UHGV virus genome: UHGV-0113858
Reading direction: 5' to 3' (one strand)
Source of the DNA: a virus
Length of the DNA: 64,000 nucleotides
The notes beneath the pieces were generated by a model that was not told the DNA's origin, searched no databases, and worked only from the letters and a program-made list of their open reading frames with translations. Made by a program: the position numbers and the translations under genes. This document shows, piece by piece, positions 27,492 to 36,729 of the stretch (positions within the stretch are counted from its first letter, which is position 1; each line of letters opens with the position of its first letter).

Positions 27492-27961
27492 TAAGCTCAG
27501 TATTCTATTTTCTGTGCTTTATTATTTTGTTGTTTCATTCTGACAAAGGTATAAGGATCATGTCTGTTTTTGGCATGGTCCATATCTTTCTTGAGAATAC
27601 CCTCCTATGGTGGTTTTCTTCAAACACCCAGTTTTTCGATCTATCTCTTTACCTTAATCTTTGTTGGTTCCTGGATATCTCTTTTATCTTTGGTGCTGCG
27701 TGTATATTATCGGGATGGAAGAAAAAGCTAACACTCTCTGTAGCAGTGCCAATTCTCTTCTGCCAGATAATATCCATGCAGTTTCCGTTAATAATCCCCG
27801 GACTCTTTGATTTTGTAATAAATTCTTCCTACCAAACTTGGATGGAAATTATCATACTTTGTGCAAATTTTAAAGACACGACGATAAAGGAATGGATAAA
27901 AACTGCAACTGTCATAAGCCTGTTGGTGATTGCCAGGGCATTATCATTCTTCACTCATTGA
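27488..27961 (+). CDS. polytopic membrane protein in an AT-rich (about 36% GC) insert
   Basis: 157 aa with 4-5 hydrophobic segments; ATGA overlap with previous gene; composition differs from its neighbours. Confidence 0.45.
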   Translation: MISSVFYFLCFIILLFHSDKGIRIMSVFGMVHIFLENTLLWWFSSNTQFFDLSLYLNLCWFLDISFIFGAACILSGWKKKLTLSVAVPILFCQIISMQFPLIIPGLFDFVINSSYQTWMEIIILCANFKDTTIKEWIKTATVISLLVIARALSFFTH

Positions 27962-27974
27962 TCCCCGAGGTAAA

Positions 27975-28250
27975 ATGCCAACTCGAATAATGAAGTTCCT
28001 AAAGGACTTAGTCAGGTCCCCTATAGACCCTGATAAGGCCTCACATACCAAGTTTTGGAGCAATATAGGTCTGGCATCCATGACGGCTGTTTTCCTGTAC
28101 TGGGGATTTAAAGGAACCCTTACAGAATGGTACATGTGGGTATATGCACCTACTGTAGCAGCTCCACAACTTATAAGCAAGCTAATCTCACTTCGCTGGG
28201 GTTTAGCTATAAAGGCAGCGGAAGATGAAGATAAACAAGAAATTAAATAA
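27975..28250 (+). CDS. small membrane protein (holin-like)
   Basis: Start MPTRIMKF at 27975 with SD gagg; one TM (IGLASMTAVFLYWGF), charged C-terminus. Confidence 0.4.
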   Translation: MPTRIMKFLKDLVRSPIDPDKASHTKFWSNIGLASMTAVFLYWGFKGTLTEWYMWVYAPTVAAPQLISKLISLRWGLAIKAAEDEDKQEIK

Positions 28251-28261
28251 GGAGACCTTAA

Positions 28262-30022
28262 ATGGCTGATACAACACAATTTGAACAGGCTGTGGATCAG
28301 GTTATCGAGGATTCTGAGCGTCTCCATAAGGTGGTCAACGGATCGGCGATCGACACTGTTATTGTAGAAGATGGTAGCACGATTCCAACATTACGTAAAG
28401 CGCTTCTTGACAATGTGTATTTTAAAACACCACCACAACCTTGGGCTGCGGGGACACAGACAACAGTTTTTAACCAACTGTATTCCTTTACCAATTCAGC
28501 AGGGACGTTCTGGTGGTATGCTCCTGGTGCGTCACCATCTACACCTGTCACCTTACCTACTGATCCGTCTACAAGTACCGCTTGGAAAGTTTACAATGAT
28601 TCCGTTGTAGTTTCTGAAAAATTTGCGCCTCTTAACACCCCCGCATTTGTCGGTTCTCCGACAGCTCCTACCCCTGCTCAGGGAAGTAATAGTGGTGCAA
28701 TAGCGACAACTGCATTTGTCAACTTGGCTGTCGCAGCAGCGATCAATTCTCTTGCTGGGTCTTCTCCAAGTTATGCTGCTCTTACGGTGGTTGGTGCTTC
28801 AACCCTTAACACATTGGTTGTTTCTGGGACATCCCAATTTGGTGGGACGCTTGATGCCTCTGGTGTGCTTGGTAAATTCCAGAAAATTTCGTTATCTGGA
28901 CAAACTGCCACTCTTTCTTTTGACTACACCGCTGCCTCTAACTATCTGAAGACTATCATATCTCCGAACTCTGTTCAAACCAATAATCTGACTTCCGCAG
29001 TTATTGTGAATGGGACAGCTAGTGCAGACAACACCACAATGTCATTAACTGGTGTCGGTAATAACACCTTCGACTATGTGTATATCCGAGGTAACTCTTC
29101 CAAGGCCTCTACGGAACCAAGGCTTAAGGTAACCGGAACGACAGAACTTGAAAACGTAAGAGTAACTGGTTCGTTGTCCGGTGTCAATGTCGGTGTTGAT
29201 GGCTTAGACATTCACCCCAACTCTATTATCACAACGACAACAGCCCAGATAGGGTCAGATCTAACTGTAAACGGTGTAACAACTCTCGGAAGTGCCTCTA
29301 TTCAGAATTTAGGTGTAGTAAGTTCATTAACAGTCAATGGAAACAGTACATTAACTGGAGGATTTACAGCCGGTAGTGCTAGCTCTGTTGCAGGAAATCT
29401 GTCCATCACAGGCCTGCTTGCAGTTACTGGGGCAGCTACGGTAAGCACCAACCTTACAGTTACTGGAAACGCCAATCTTAATAATGGTGGGACAGGGACA
29501 ACAACTGTAAACAACCTTAACGTACTTGGTACTTTGACGGGTGTTTCTGTTGATGTCAATGGGAAGAACATTAACCCTAACTCCGTTCTGGCAACAACTA
29601 CAATAGAGGCATACGGATCTCTAAAAGGTGCATCCCTCGTTATTACAGGTGAAGCAACGGCTCCGAAGGTCACTGCGAATTTCGTAGGAACAATCCCCGG
29701 TTCTGTTACCACACCTTCCGCAGGGACAACTTGGACACCGGGAGGGACAGGCTCCGATCTAACGAAGATGAATAACATCTATAACGTAGATGTGACAAAT
29801 ACTTTAACTATCGGGCCTTGGGCAAATCTTGGTAGTGCTTTTACTGCTACGATCTATCTGTTCCAGGATGCAACTGGCGGACATGCCGTCACCCTTGATG
29901 CATCTTATAAAATCATAAATGGTGGTACGATCAGCACTGCTGCAAATTCAGTTACAATTCTACAAGTAACCTATTGTGGAAGAGGGACTGTATATGATGT
30001 AGCTATCTATCAAAGACCGTAA
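28262..30022 (+). CDS. long tail fibre protein
   Basis: 586 aa, SD aaggaga; repetitive Thr/Gly/Val/Asn segments (LTVNG, TVTGNANLNNGGTGTTTVNNLNV); last gene of the + strand block. Confidence 0.55.
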   Translation: MADTTQFEQAVDQVIEDSERLHKVVNGSAIDTVIVEDGSTIPTLRKALLDNVYFKTPPQPWAAGTQTTVFNQLYSFTNSAGTFWWYAPGASPSTPVTLPTDPSTSTAWKVYNDSVVVSEKFAPLNTPAFVGSPTAPTPAQGSNSGAIATTAFVNLAVAAAINSLAGSSPSYAALTVVGASTLNTLVVSGTSQFGGTLDASGVLGKFQKISLSGQTATLSFDYTAASNYLKTIISPNSVQTNNLTSAVIVNGTASADNTTMSLTGVGNNTFDYVYIRGNSSKASTEPRLKVTGTTELENVRVTGSLSGVNVGVDGLDIHPNSIITTTTAQIGSDLTVNGVTTLGSASIQNLGVVSSLTVNGNSTLTGGFTAGSASSVAGNLSITGLLAVTGAATVSTNLTVTGNANLNNGGTGTTTVNNLNVLGTLTGVSVDVNGKNINPNSVLATTTIEAYGSLKGASLVITGEATAPKVTANFVGTIPGSVTTPSAGTTWTPGGTGSDLTKMNNIYNVDVTNTLTIGPWANLGSAFTATIYLFQDATGGHAVTLDASYKIINGGTISTAANSVTILQVTYCGRGTVYDVAIYQRP

Positions 30023-30024
30023 TA

Positions 30025-30056
30025 AAAAAGGCTCCCAAATGGGAGCCTTTTCTTTT
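30025..30056. terminator. bidirectional rho-independent terminator between the convergent late (+) and early (-) units
   Basis: aaaaaaggctcccaaatgggagccttttctttt: an A-run, a GC stem, then a T-run. Confidence 0.65.
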
Positions 30057-30067
30057 ATACGGCGTTA

Positions 30068-31255
30068 TCAAAACGGTATTTCTTCGTCCCAGTCCATCGG
30101 CGGCTCATCAAAATCCATAGCCGGAGCATCTTGGGCAGGAGGTGTCGTTAAACGCTCCTGGACGGGCTGTGACGGAGTTTGATCGGCACCCTTGGCACTT
30201 TCACTAATGAACGTATAAAGCGGCTCAGAGAGCTTTGTATACACGTCCTTGGCTGCGTCCAGAATCGTTGCTTCAGAGACATCTGACTTAGCATTGAAAC
30301 GGCTACATGCAACCAGAATTGCGTTGCCAGCACTTGCACCTACCGGATTGGAATCGACTGGCTTACCAGTACGCTCCGCAACGAAAGCTTTCATATCCAA
30401 TGTGGCACGGTGAATGGCTTTAGCTGTCTCCAGCTCATCCTTCACTTTATAACCAGCACCCATCAACTCTTTCAGACCATTAATGGCGTGACCTGTTTCA
30501 ACACCAAATTGGTCGTAACCACTACTCTTTTTACCACCAGAACTACCACTGTTCTGACCCGCGGGGCCATAAGCTTTGAATCCGTTCAGGATGTTACCGT
30601 TAGACATATCCACAAAGGCAGTCATTCGTCCACCAACAGATACCTGTGCCAGTTGTTCATCGGAAAGAACTACACCGCCGGGTCCGTTCTTCTCGTCATT
30701 AACAGTCGCCAGATTACCTACGATTTCGGTAATCTCACCGTAGATCTTAACACCACCGCCTGACTGTGCTGCTGCGGCAGAAGACTGCTGCTGACGAGGT
30801 GCAGCTTGACCAGCTTTGCTTTCATCCAGAATGTTGAATGTCTTGCCGCTTAAAGTACCGTTGATATAGGTTTTATCCCCATTCTTAGAGACTTTCAGCG
30901 GGAAAGATACAACCATGCCAGCTAGAATATCTTTATAACCGGAATCAAACTTGACCTGAACCTTATCCGTGTGACTGGCGTGAAGTTTCTTCTCACCCAT
31001 ACCGATCCAATCGCCTTGGCTCTGTGGATCTACCACGTTATTATCTGCATCAACTTCCTGCATTAAAAAGCTGATAGTGTGGGTGGCTTCAATCACCTTA
31101 GCAGGTTGACCGTTACGTGCAGGGATATGGGTACGCTTAACACCGTCCTGATCGGCATTCTTCACAGGTTTGATGCTGATGAATTTGATGCTGCCTTTTG
31201 CGAAGTGGTTTACTTTGCCAGACATCGGGTCTTTGTATTCGTTTACTACGCTCAT
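30068..31255 (-). CDS. ssDNA-binding protein with a host-SSB-like C-terminal tail
   Basis: Start MSVVNEYKD at 31255 with SD aaggaga; C-terminus ...MDFDEPPMDWDEEIPF closely matches the E. coli SSB tip PPMDFDDDIPF; Gly/Ser/Gln-rich linker. Confidence 0.5.
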   Translation of the reverse strand: MSVVNEYKDPMSGKVNHFAKGSIKFISIKPVKNADQDGVKRTHIPARNGQPAKVIEATHTISFLMQEVDADNNVVDPQSQGDWIGMGEKKLHASHTDKVQVKFDSGYKDILAGMVVSFPLKVSKNGDKTYINGTLSGKTFNILDESKAGQAAPRQQQSSAAAAQSGGGVKIYGEITEIVGNLATVNDEKNGPGGVVLSDEQLAQVSVGGRMTAFVDMSNGNILNGFKAYGPAGQNSGSSGGKKSSGYDQFGVETGHAINGLKELMGAGYKVKDELETAKAIHRATLDMKAFVAERTGKPVDSNPVGASAGNAILVACSRFNAKSDVSEATILDAAKDVYTKLSEPLYTFISESAKGADQTPSQPVQERLTTPPAQDAPAMDFDEPPMDWDEEIPF

Positions 31256-31268
31256 CTTCTCTCCTTTA

Positions 31269-31610
31269 TTACTCAGATTTTTCTTCAACGACTTGTGTAA
31301 CTGGTACAGCAAGAAGTTGATCAACCAACATATCTTCAACTTGCGCCAAAAGATTTTGCGCGAAGGTTGAAGCTCCACTCAGTTGCATCACAGCATTACG
31401 CTGACCACGAATCCAGGCCAACGCCGTTTCGATAGTTTCGTGTTTGCCTTCACTGATCAAACGTTCCATTTCTTTTCTGACGGGTTCAGAATTTATATGG
31501 TCAGCCATCTGAACGCTGGCACTTGAGAGGAAAATCACAGTTCCGAACTGATTGGGGTCTAGTCCCAGGAAGCGTGCTTCGTTGGTAGGGGTTACTTCTT
31601 CAGTCATCAA
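31269..31610 (-). CDS. hypothetical protein
   Basis: 113-aa ORF, SD ggagg. Confidence 0.4.
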   Translation of the reverse strand: MMTEEVTPTNEARFLGLDPNQFGTVIFLSSASVQMADHINSEPVRKEMERLISEGKHETIETALAWIRGQRNAVMQLSGASTFAQNLLAQVEDMLVDQLLAVPVTQVVEEKSE

Positions 31611-31663
31611 TCCTCCATTTATTAGTGAAGGGGTATCTTACCCCTTTACACTTGTTATGTCAA

Positions 31664-31882
31664 TTACTTTCTTTTCTTTTTTGAACTTGACATCATTTCA
31701 GCCACACGGCCTACACTTGCCAGTCCCAGCCACCCGATAATCGCCATCAGGAAGAAGAAAAGAAGAACGGCAACACCGAAGTAGAGCGGTAGTAAAACAA
31801 GCCACCACGACCAGGCGATCACGCCGCACAGTTTAAGCGTGATAAATACCAACGCCAAAAGACCTAAGAAACCAATTTTCAT
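31664..31882 (-). CDS. small 2-TM membrane protein
   Basis: 72 aa, two hydrophobic helices, Lys-rich C-terminus. Confidence 0.45.
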   Translation of the reverse strand: MKIGFLGLLALVFITLKLCGVIAWSWWLVLLPLYFGVAVLLFFFLMAIIGWLGLASVGRVAEMMSSSKKKRK

Positions 31883-31891
31883 TTTATCTCC

Positions 31892-32296
31892 TTAATCACA
31901 ACTACCTGAAAATGATGAACTCGAATCACAGGAGGAATACGAGTCATGACTACTTGACGAGTGACTTGGCGTATGATGAGTATACGTATCACTAATCGTG
32001 GTTGTACTGATGATCGCCGCATCATCATTTCTCCGGCGATAACCGCCATCCTCCACGACTACACGCCTTTTAGGCGGTGAAGGTGGCGTTGATGGGGACA
32101 TTTTCAATCTCCGCTCATTGTTTTGTCTTGCTTGACGAAGGGCCTCGTTAAGCGTCTCATTAAGCGCTTCAGAAGATATTGTGGTCACCTTGGTTGTTTG
32201 GCTAACAAAAGTGCTGTTTCCCTTCCCTATAGATACGACCGTTGTTGTACTGAATAATCCCAATAACCATTTGAAAAATTTTCGGATTTTATTCAT
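31892..32296 (-). CDS. signal-anchored secreted/periplasmic protein
   Basis: 134 aa, N-terminal hydrophobic segment WLLGLFSTTTVVSIG, Ser-rich C-terminus. Confidence 0.4.
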   Translation of the reverse strand: MNKIRKFFKWLLGLFSTTTVVSIGKGNSTFVSQTTKVTTISSEALNETLNEALRQARQNNERRLKMSPSTPPSPPKRRVVVEDGGYRRRNDDAAIISTTTISDTYTHHTPSHSSSSHDSYSSCDSSSSFSGSCD

Positions 32297-32618
32297 CCCG
32301 ATCTACCTCTTCAAGAATTTCTCTCAGCGGAGGAACAGTAACCCCATTCTCCAACAAGAGGTTAGCAAGCTTCCGGTAAACATATCGAGTTTCTTTTCCC
32401 GATAGGTGCCACAGTTTGATCGCCCGAACATGTTCGGTCTCTTCAGAGTACATATACTCATAACCGATCACCTTTGCTTGTTGTCGCGTTACACCAAGTA
32501 GTTCTGCGAAAACAGAGTGAGGATCAGCTTGTGGCTTACCATAGGCCTCTGCCCAAGCATCTGGGACAAGGCTACGAACACCAAGTTCATCGACTAGCAT
32601 AAAATTCCTCCAATACAT
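32289..32618 (-). CDS. hypothetical protein
   Basis: 109-aa ORF tiling. Confidence 0.35.
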   Translation of the reverse strand: MYWRNFMLVDELGVRSLVPDAWAEAYGKPQADPHSVFAELLGVTRQQAKVIGYEYMYSEETEHVRAIKLWHLSGKETRYVYRKLANLLLENGVTVPPLREILEEVDRDE

Positions 32619-32874
32619 CCCAAATTGCTACACTTGGCCCACCAGACATAAGACTCCAAATGACCATATCCTGGTATCCTTGACGACAAACGTCCGTTTG
32701 TCTGAACGCTTTGTGGAAAGATGTTGGATCGCCCCAGTCAACCGGGAGATCATCCACGTTCTCCTTGAAGTATGCAAGCATCAGTTGCTCTTCAAGAGTG
32801 GGTTTCGAACCGACACGGGCCTCATACATCTCTACAAACTTAGCCCCGGTGCGTTCTTCACGAGTTAAAGCCAT
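32587..32874 (-). CDS. hypothetical protein
   Basis: 95-aa ORF tiling. Confidence 0.35.
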   Translation of the reverse strand: MALTREERTGAKFVEMYEARVGSKPTLEEQLMLAYFKENVDDLPVDWGDPTSFHKAFRQTDVCRQGYQDMVIWSLMSGGPSVAIWDVLEEFYASR

Positions 32875-33236
32875 TCTCCAGTCTCCATTTGTTTCGGTGT
32901 CAGAGTCTTTACCTGATTATCATCAACAGGTGCAAATCCAACAACAGGTTTATAACAGCGCTCTTTCTTTGCATCAAACACATAGAATGATGCCACAGCC
33001 TCTGGCTTTGCGCAAGTAGTATAATGGCGCTGGTACATTCCATAACCACCTAAGTAAGTCACTGCCCAGAACATTACCCCAAACATTACGGCTGAAAACA
33101 CATAGGAGGCCACTTTTCCCTTCCAAGTAAGCCCTCCCGACAATAACCATCCTATGTAGGAAAACATAGCAAGCGGGATCAGGCTAGATACCCAATTGTG
33201 ATTCATTGTAAACCATTCCCAGAACCCAATCATCAA
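32865..33236 (-). CDS. membrane protein
   Basis: 123 aa with 3 hydrophobic segments. Confidence 0.4.
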   Translation of the reverse strand: MMIGFWEWFTMNHNWVSSLIPLAMFSYIGWLLSGGLTWKGKVASYVFSAVMFGVMFWAVTYLGGYGMYQRHYTTCAKPEAVASFYVFDAKKERCYKPVVGFAPVDDNQVKTLTPKQMETGEWL

Positions 33237-33812
33237 CTACCCTCCAAAAGATGAGCGACTGCTAACAGAGCTACCAAAACCACCACGAGAAGATGTGGTG
33301 CTACGAGAAACTATTGTACGGGGAGACTGTACTGTTGGCTTTGCCGCAGAGCTTGTCACCTTGAACGTTTGACCAGGTCGTGCATTGTAGCTGCGGAACT
33401 TGTTGTCCATATACTGACCTGAACGATCCTGATACAGTGGTGCTGAATGATAACCGGAATTCATGCTATTGCCCATCATGTACCCCATCATCAACGGCAT
33501 CCACGAAGAACCACCATCTGAGCTGCTTGGGTTGTGTCTGCACTGGTCACCGAACTCCGCGTAGCAGTCAGAATAAGTCGCATAGCGTGGTGCAGTTTCA
33601 TTTGCAACCTTTTCTGCTTCTTGTCTTGCTGCCCGACACTGATCCGGTTTGTGAGTATCTGCAATACACTCGTCAACATTTTTGTACATCTTCATGTCAA
33701 TGTTTTCTTGCTCACAACCTGCAACTGTGATTGCCACCACGAATGGCAGGGCATAACGCCCCACCTTGCGGAAAGCATTCTTATTGATATGCTTTGTTCT
33801 TTTCACACTCAC
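33237..33812 (-). CDS. lipoprotein (candidate superinfection-exclusion type)
   Basis: Signal peptide plus lipobox ITVAGC; Cys-rich middle; Gly/Ser-rich tail. Confidence 0.45.
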   Translation of the reverse strand: MSVKRTKHINKNAFRKVGRYALPFVVAITVAGCEQENIDMKMYKNVDECIADTHKPDQCRAARQEAEKVANETAPRYATYSDCYAEFGDQCRHNPSSSDGGSSWMPLMMGYMMGNSMNSGYHSAPLYQDRSGQYMDNKFRSYNARPGQTFKVTSSAAKPTVQSPRTIVSRSTTSSRGGFGSSVSSRSSFGG

Positions 33813-34024
33813 TCCACCCCTGAACTTATGCCGAAAGATACTATGCCGAGAACTAATCCCAAAAACCCACCAAGTATTACAGAGGTTTGGGCGTACTCGC
33901 CAAAGCCAGGTGTTCCGAATACTTCCCCCGCACTGATACCAACATAGTATCCGAGAGAGATAGATATTGCAAGCACAAAGAAGAACACCACTACACTGAT
34001 GGTTGTGGGAATGATTAAATCACG
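33809..34024 (-). CDS. small 2-TM membrane protein
   Basis: Start MRDLIIPTTISVVVFFFVLAISISLGYYVG; the listed ORF 33809..34066 has an earlier start, but an internal Met is preferred. Confidence 0.35.
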   Translation of the reverse strand, partial: RDLIIPTTISVVVFFFVLAISISLGYYVGISAGEVFGTPGFGEYAQTSVILGGFLGLVLGIVSFGISSGVE

Positions 34025-34742
34025 CATGTGTAGTTTCCTTTTCTGTTTTACGCCATTTGTAAGCACCGTACACAGAGTTTAACAGGAAAGTTACCCACAT
34101 TGCAAGGACTGCCCATCCTTGTATTTCATGATGCATTGCTGTCTGAATCCACAGAGCCACAGCAACCACGTTAACAATAATCCAGACATACCATTGTTCT
34201 GCATAACGAACCATCATCAGGTAGGTTGCCAGAACCGACAGGATTGCTGTAGCAGAATCGAGACCCGGCATATTCCCTTTCAGCAGGCTAACGAACTCGG
34301 CGTATAATCCGATCGTCACCAATGTCCCGATACCAACAATCCAGCGCTGTTTTGTGGTCAGATACTTCTTGATGACATCCGCACGTTCACCATCCGCAGA
34401 GACGGTTAACTTACGCGCCCAGATTATCCCACCAATGACCTGCATGGGTGTGAACAACAGGGTGTACATGATCGTTTCTCCGTAGAGTTTGTACGTGAAC
34501 GACACATAAGCATACAACACCGTTGCCACAAAACCCCAGTAATAACTGGAGAGCTTACCTTTTGCCACCAGGATAGCCCCGATGATCCCGGTAACAGAAG
34601 AGATGAACTCTACTAACCCACCGCCCATAGTCAAGGAGACAATGGCGATCGATGCCGAGCAGATGAGGAGCCAAAGATATTCAAGTTTTGACCAGCCATA
34701 AAAGTCAGTCCATGCTGTCTTAATGTACAGATTTGTATTCAT
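34020..34742 (-). CDS. pnuC: nicotinamide riboside / NMN transporter PnuC
   Basis: 240 aa, 7-8 TM, PnuC-like length and pattern (LVAKGKLSSYYWGFVATVLYAYVSF...); sits in the same gene block as a NadR-like enzyme. Confidence 0.6.
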   Translation of the reverse strand: MNTNLYIKTAWTDFYGWSKLEYLWLLICSASIAIVSLTMGGGLVEFISSVTGIIGAILVAKGKLSSYYWGFVATVLYAYVSFTYKLYGETIMYTLLFTPMQVIGGIIWARKLTVSADGERADVIKKYLTTKQRWIVGIGTLVTIGLYAEFVSLLKGNMPGLDSATAILSVLATYLMMVRYAEQWYVWIIVNVVAVALWIQTAMHHEIQGWAVLAMWVTFLLNSVYGAYKWRKTEKETTHA

Positions 34743-34744
34743 GG

Positions 34745-35002
34745 TTATTCTCCTGTTAATCGTTTAAGAAGCGCTTCGATTTTAGGATTCGCCGCGCCGT
34801 CACCGTATAACTTATACTTCAGATCCAACACTGCGTCAAGCAGTTCTGGTGCTGCTGCGATAAGATTTGCATCTTCAATACTATTAATCTCTGAACACAC
34901 GTCGCTGTAAGATCGCCACCCGGAACCTACCTCAAGAGAGCCTGAGACAATGACCTTTATTTCATCGTCATCATGAAATACTTCCCATGTATCTTTAGCC
35001 AT
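34745..35002 (-). CDS. hypothetical protein
   Basis: 85-aa ORF. Confidence 0.35.
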   Translation of the reverse strand: MAKDTWEVFHDDDEIKVIVSGSLEVGSGWRSYSDVCSEINSIEDANLIAAAPELLDAVLDLKYKLYGDGAANPKIEALLKRLTGE

Positions 35003-35294
35003 TTTTGCGCCCCTTTTTCTTTTTATTTTTCATTTCTGACCGAACTTTAGTTTGCCAAGCCATTGCTTCGTCAACAGCATTCGGTCCGTCAAAAACTTGG
35101 TTCTTCTCATCTGACTTGAACACAAAATTAGTACCTTTGTTATCCATTGCCTGGAAAACCCAGCCTGTCAGTGTCTCCTCGATGATCTTACCGCCGATCA
35201 GCAGACCATTACTTTTTGCATGAATTGCCATTTTTAACCCTCCATTACAACTGGTAAGACAGACCTGATCCCATCTCGCCATGCTAACCAACAC
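34995..35294 (-). CDS. hypothetical protein
   Basis: 99-aa ORF, Lys-rich C-terminus. Confidence 0.3.
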   Translation of the reverse strand: MLVSMARWDQVCLTSCNGGLKMAIHAKSNGLLIGGKIIEETLTGWVFQAMDNKGTNFVFKSDEKNQVFDGPNAVDEAMAWQTKVRSEMKNKKKKGRKNG

Positions 35295-35375
35295 ATCACT
35301 TGTAGGTTTTCACGCTCCTCTGCATCTGGAAAAAGATGCGCGGGTGCGTTTTTATCAAACCAGCCCATAAATTCT

Positions 35376-35762
35376 TTAGACATTTTGACTCCTCTGTTTT
35401 GCCCATTCGATTGCCGCAAGTATCACATCACAGTGACATGCTACCTCTTTGTTCGGCTGTTTACAGAAGCATACAAGGTCTTTACCATCCAAGTCAAGAA
35501 GATCTTGAATAGTAATTTTCCCAGCACGGATCTGTTGCCATAACCATACGCGATAGCGCTCAATCGTTGCCCCGCGAGGCTCATCCTTCGACAACTTATA
35601 TGGGTTAGCGAATTTAGATTGCTTCAGGCCCAAGTGGGGCATTGCTCGCCCCATGTACTCAGCATTTTCAGGGATCACTTTACCGATGTGGTAAAAGTTG
35701 AGAACTTTAGCCATTATACAGATACACGGCTGTGCAGCTCGCGAGACATAGCCACCAACCAT
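35376..35762 (-). CDS. hypothetical protein (DUF4326-like)
   Basis: Contains MAKVLNFYH...CFCKQPNKEVACHCDVIL, a Cys/His cluster. Confidence 0.35.
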   Translation of the reverse strand: MVGGYVSRAAQPCICIMAKVLNFYHIGKVIPENAEYMGRAMPHLGLKQSKFANPYKLSKDEPRGATIERYRVWLWQQIRAGKITIQDLLDLDGKDLVCFCKQPNKEVACHCDVILAAIEWAKQRSQNV

Positions 35763-36133
35763 TGTGTGATGCCATAACCCTCGTACTCATCAGTAAGACT
35801 GGAGTCTGTCAGCAACCAAATGATGGCGTTCCGCAAGTGGTCATCTGACATATGGGTCAGCCTGACAACCTTCCCGGATTCTGTTTTCCACACCATGATA
35901 CGTTTTGGTGGGCGAATATCCTCAAGACCCGCAGGGGTGATCATCATACCGGAACACCCGCAGCCACAAGCTATCACTTTACCATGCCCGATAAGAGAAG
36001 AGAGAGCCTCTGTAGTGGCAGGCTCGCCAAATTTATCAGCTACCTCTTTGTGGTACGTCCATCCCTGCTTTTCCTCCAAAGACTTCTCTAAGAAGTGGAG
36101 AATTTCCAGATTAGTTTGATCCATCGTTATCAC
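35714..36133 (-). CDS. hypothetical protein with CGCGCSG cysteine cluster
   Basis: 139-aa ORF. Confidence 0.35.
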   Translation of the reverse strand: MITMDQTNLEILHFLEKSLEEKQGWTYHKEVADKFGEPATTEALSSLIGHGKVIACGCGCSGMMITPAGLEDIRPPKRIMVWKTESGKVVRLTHMSDDHLRNAIIWLLTDSSLTDEYEGYGITQWLVAMSRELHSRVSV

Positions 36134-36476
36134 CTTTTAGGTACGCCACAATCCAATCCGCCGCCTCCTCGTACTCCTCATAGCCGAAGAATTTACGGCG
36201 AGCAAAATATGTATCGTCATCAGGCACATTCGTCTGGTAGTTGAAGTTACCAGGCTGACCCCAGTACACATTGATCTGATCACTGTTCCGGCACTCAGAA
36301 AAAGAGACTTGCTTTGAAAGGTCATTATCACATTTGTGATTCCATTTGGTTATGGAGAACCCTTGCTCACGACAGTTGGCATAAGCTTGAAGACCTTCCG
36401 CTAATTCAGGTGCCTTTTCCAAAATAATCTTCAGAACACCAAAAGCCTGCTTCATGCTTGAATTAGTTACGTTCAT
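36111..36476 (-). CDS. hypothetical protein
   Basis: 121-aa ORF, SD aaggaga; promoter-like TGGTAAAAAT 25 nt upstream. Confidence 0.4.
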   Translation of the reverse strand: MNVTNSSMKQAFGVLKIILEKAPELAEGLQAYANCREQGFSITKWNHKCDNDLSKQVSFSECRNSDQINVYWGQPGNFNYQTNVPDDDTYFARRKFFGYEEYEEAADWIVAYLKGDNDGSN

Positions 36477-36500
36477 CTTGTTCTCCTTTTTGTGCGGATA

Positions 36501-36540
36501 TTTTTACCATGAGTCTAGCCCATGCCTCTGAATCGCTCTT
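36501..36540 (-). promoter_or_regulatory. candidate promoter (cATGGTAAAAAT) for the gene at 36476
   Basis: Reverse complement of 36501-36511 is ATGGTAAAAAT, related to the + strand motif; weak -35. Confidence 0.3.
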
Positions 36541-36585
36541 ACGAACGATGCTAACACTGTACGGCATACTGTCGGTGTCCCGAAT

Positions 36586-36720
36586 GAAACGCTCACTTTG
36601 AGATTTCAAATTGCATCAGGATGGTATACCATCAACATCAGGCTTCCTGTTGCCCCACGGTATTGACAAATCTCTACAGATTCCTCACCGTTCCACTGGC
36701 GAACCAATACTAAATCGCCA
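36586..36720 (-). CDS. small ORF (45 aa) MGFPKLEVGDLVLVRQWNGEESVEICQYRGATGSLMLMVYHPDAI
   Basis: SD aaggaga 7 nt upstream; not in the ORF track (under 60 aa). Confidence 0.3.
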
Positions 36721-36729
36721 ACCTCAAGT

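Noticed and set aside
31625-31647. Hairpin gaaggggtatcttacccctttac as a terminator
   Set aside because: No U-run on either strand; lies immediately before the SD of the next - strand gene, so more likely a processing or attenuation structure or coincidence
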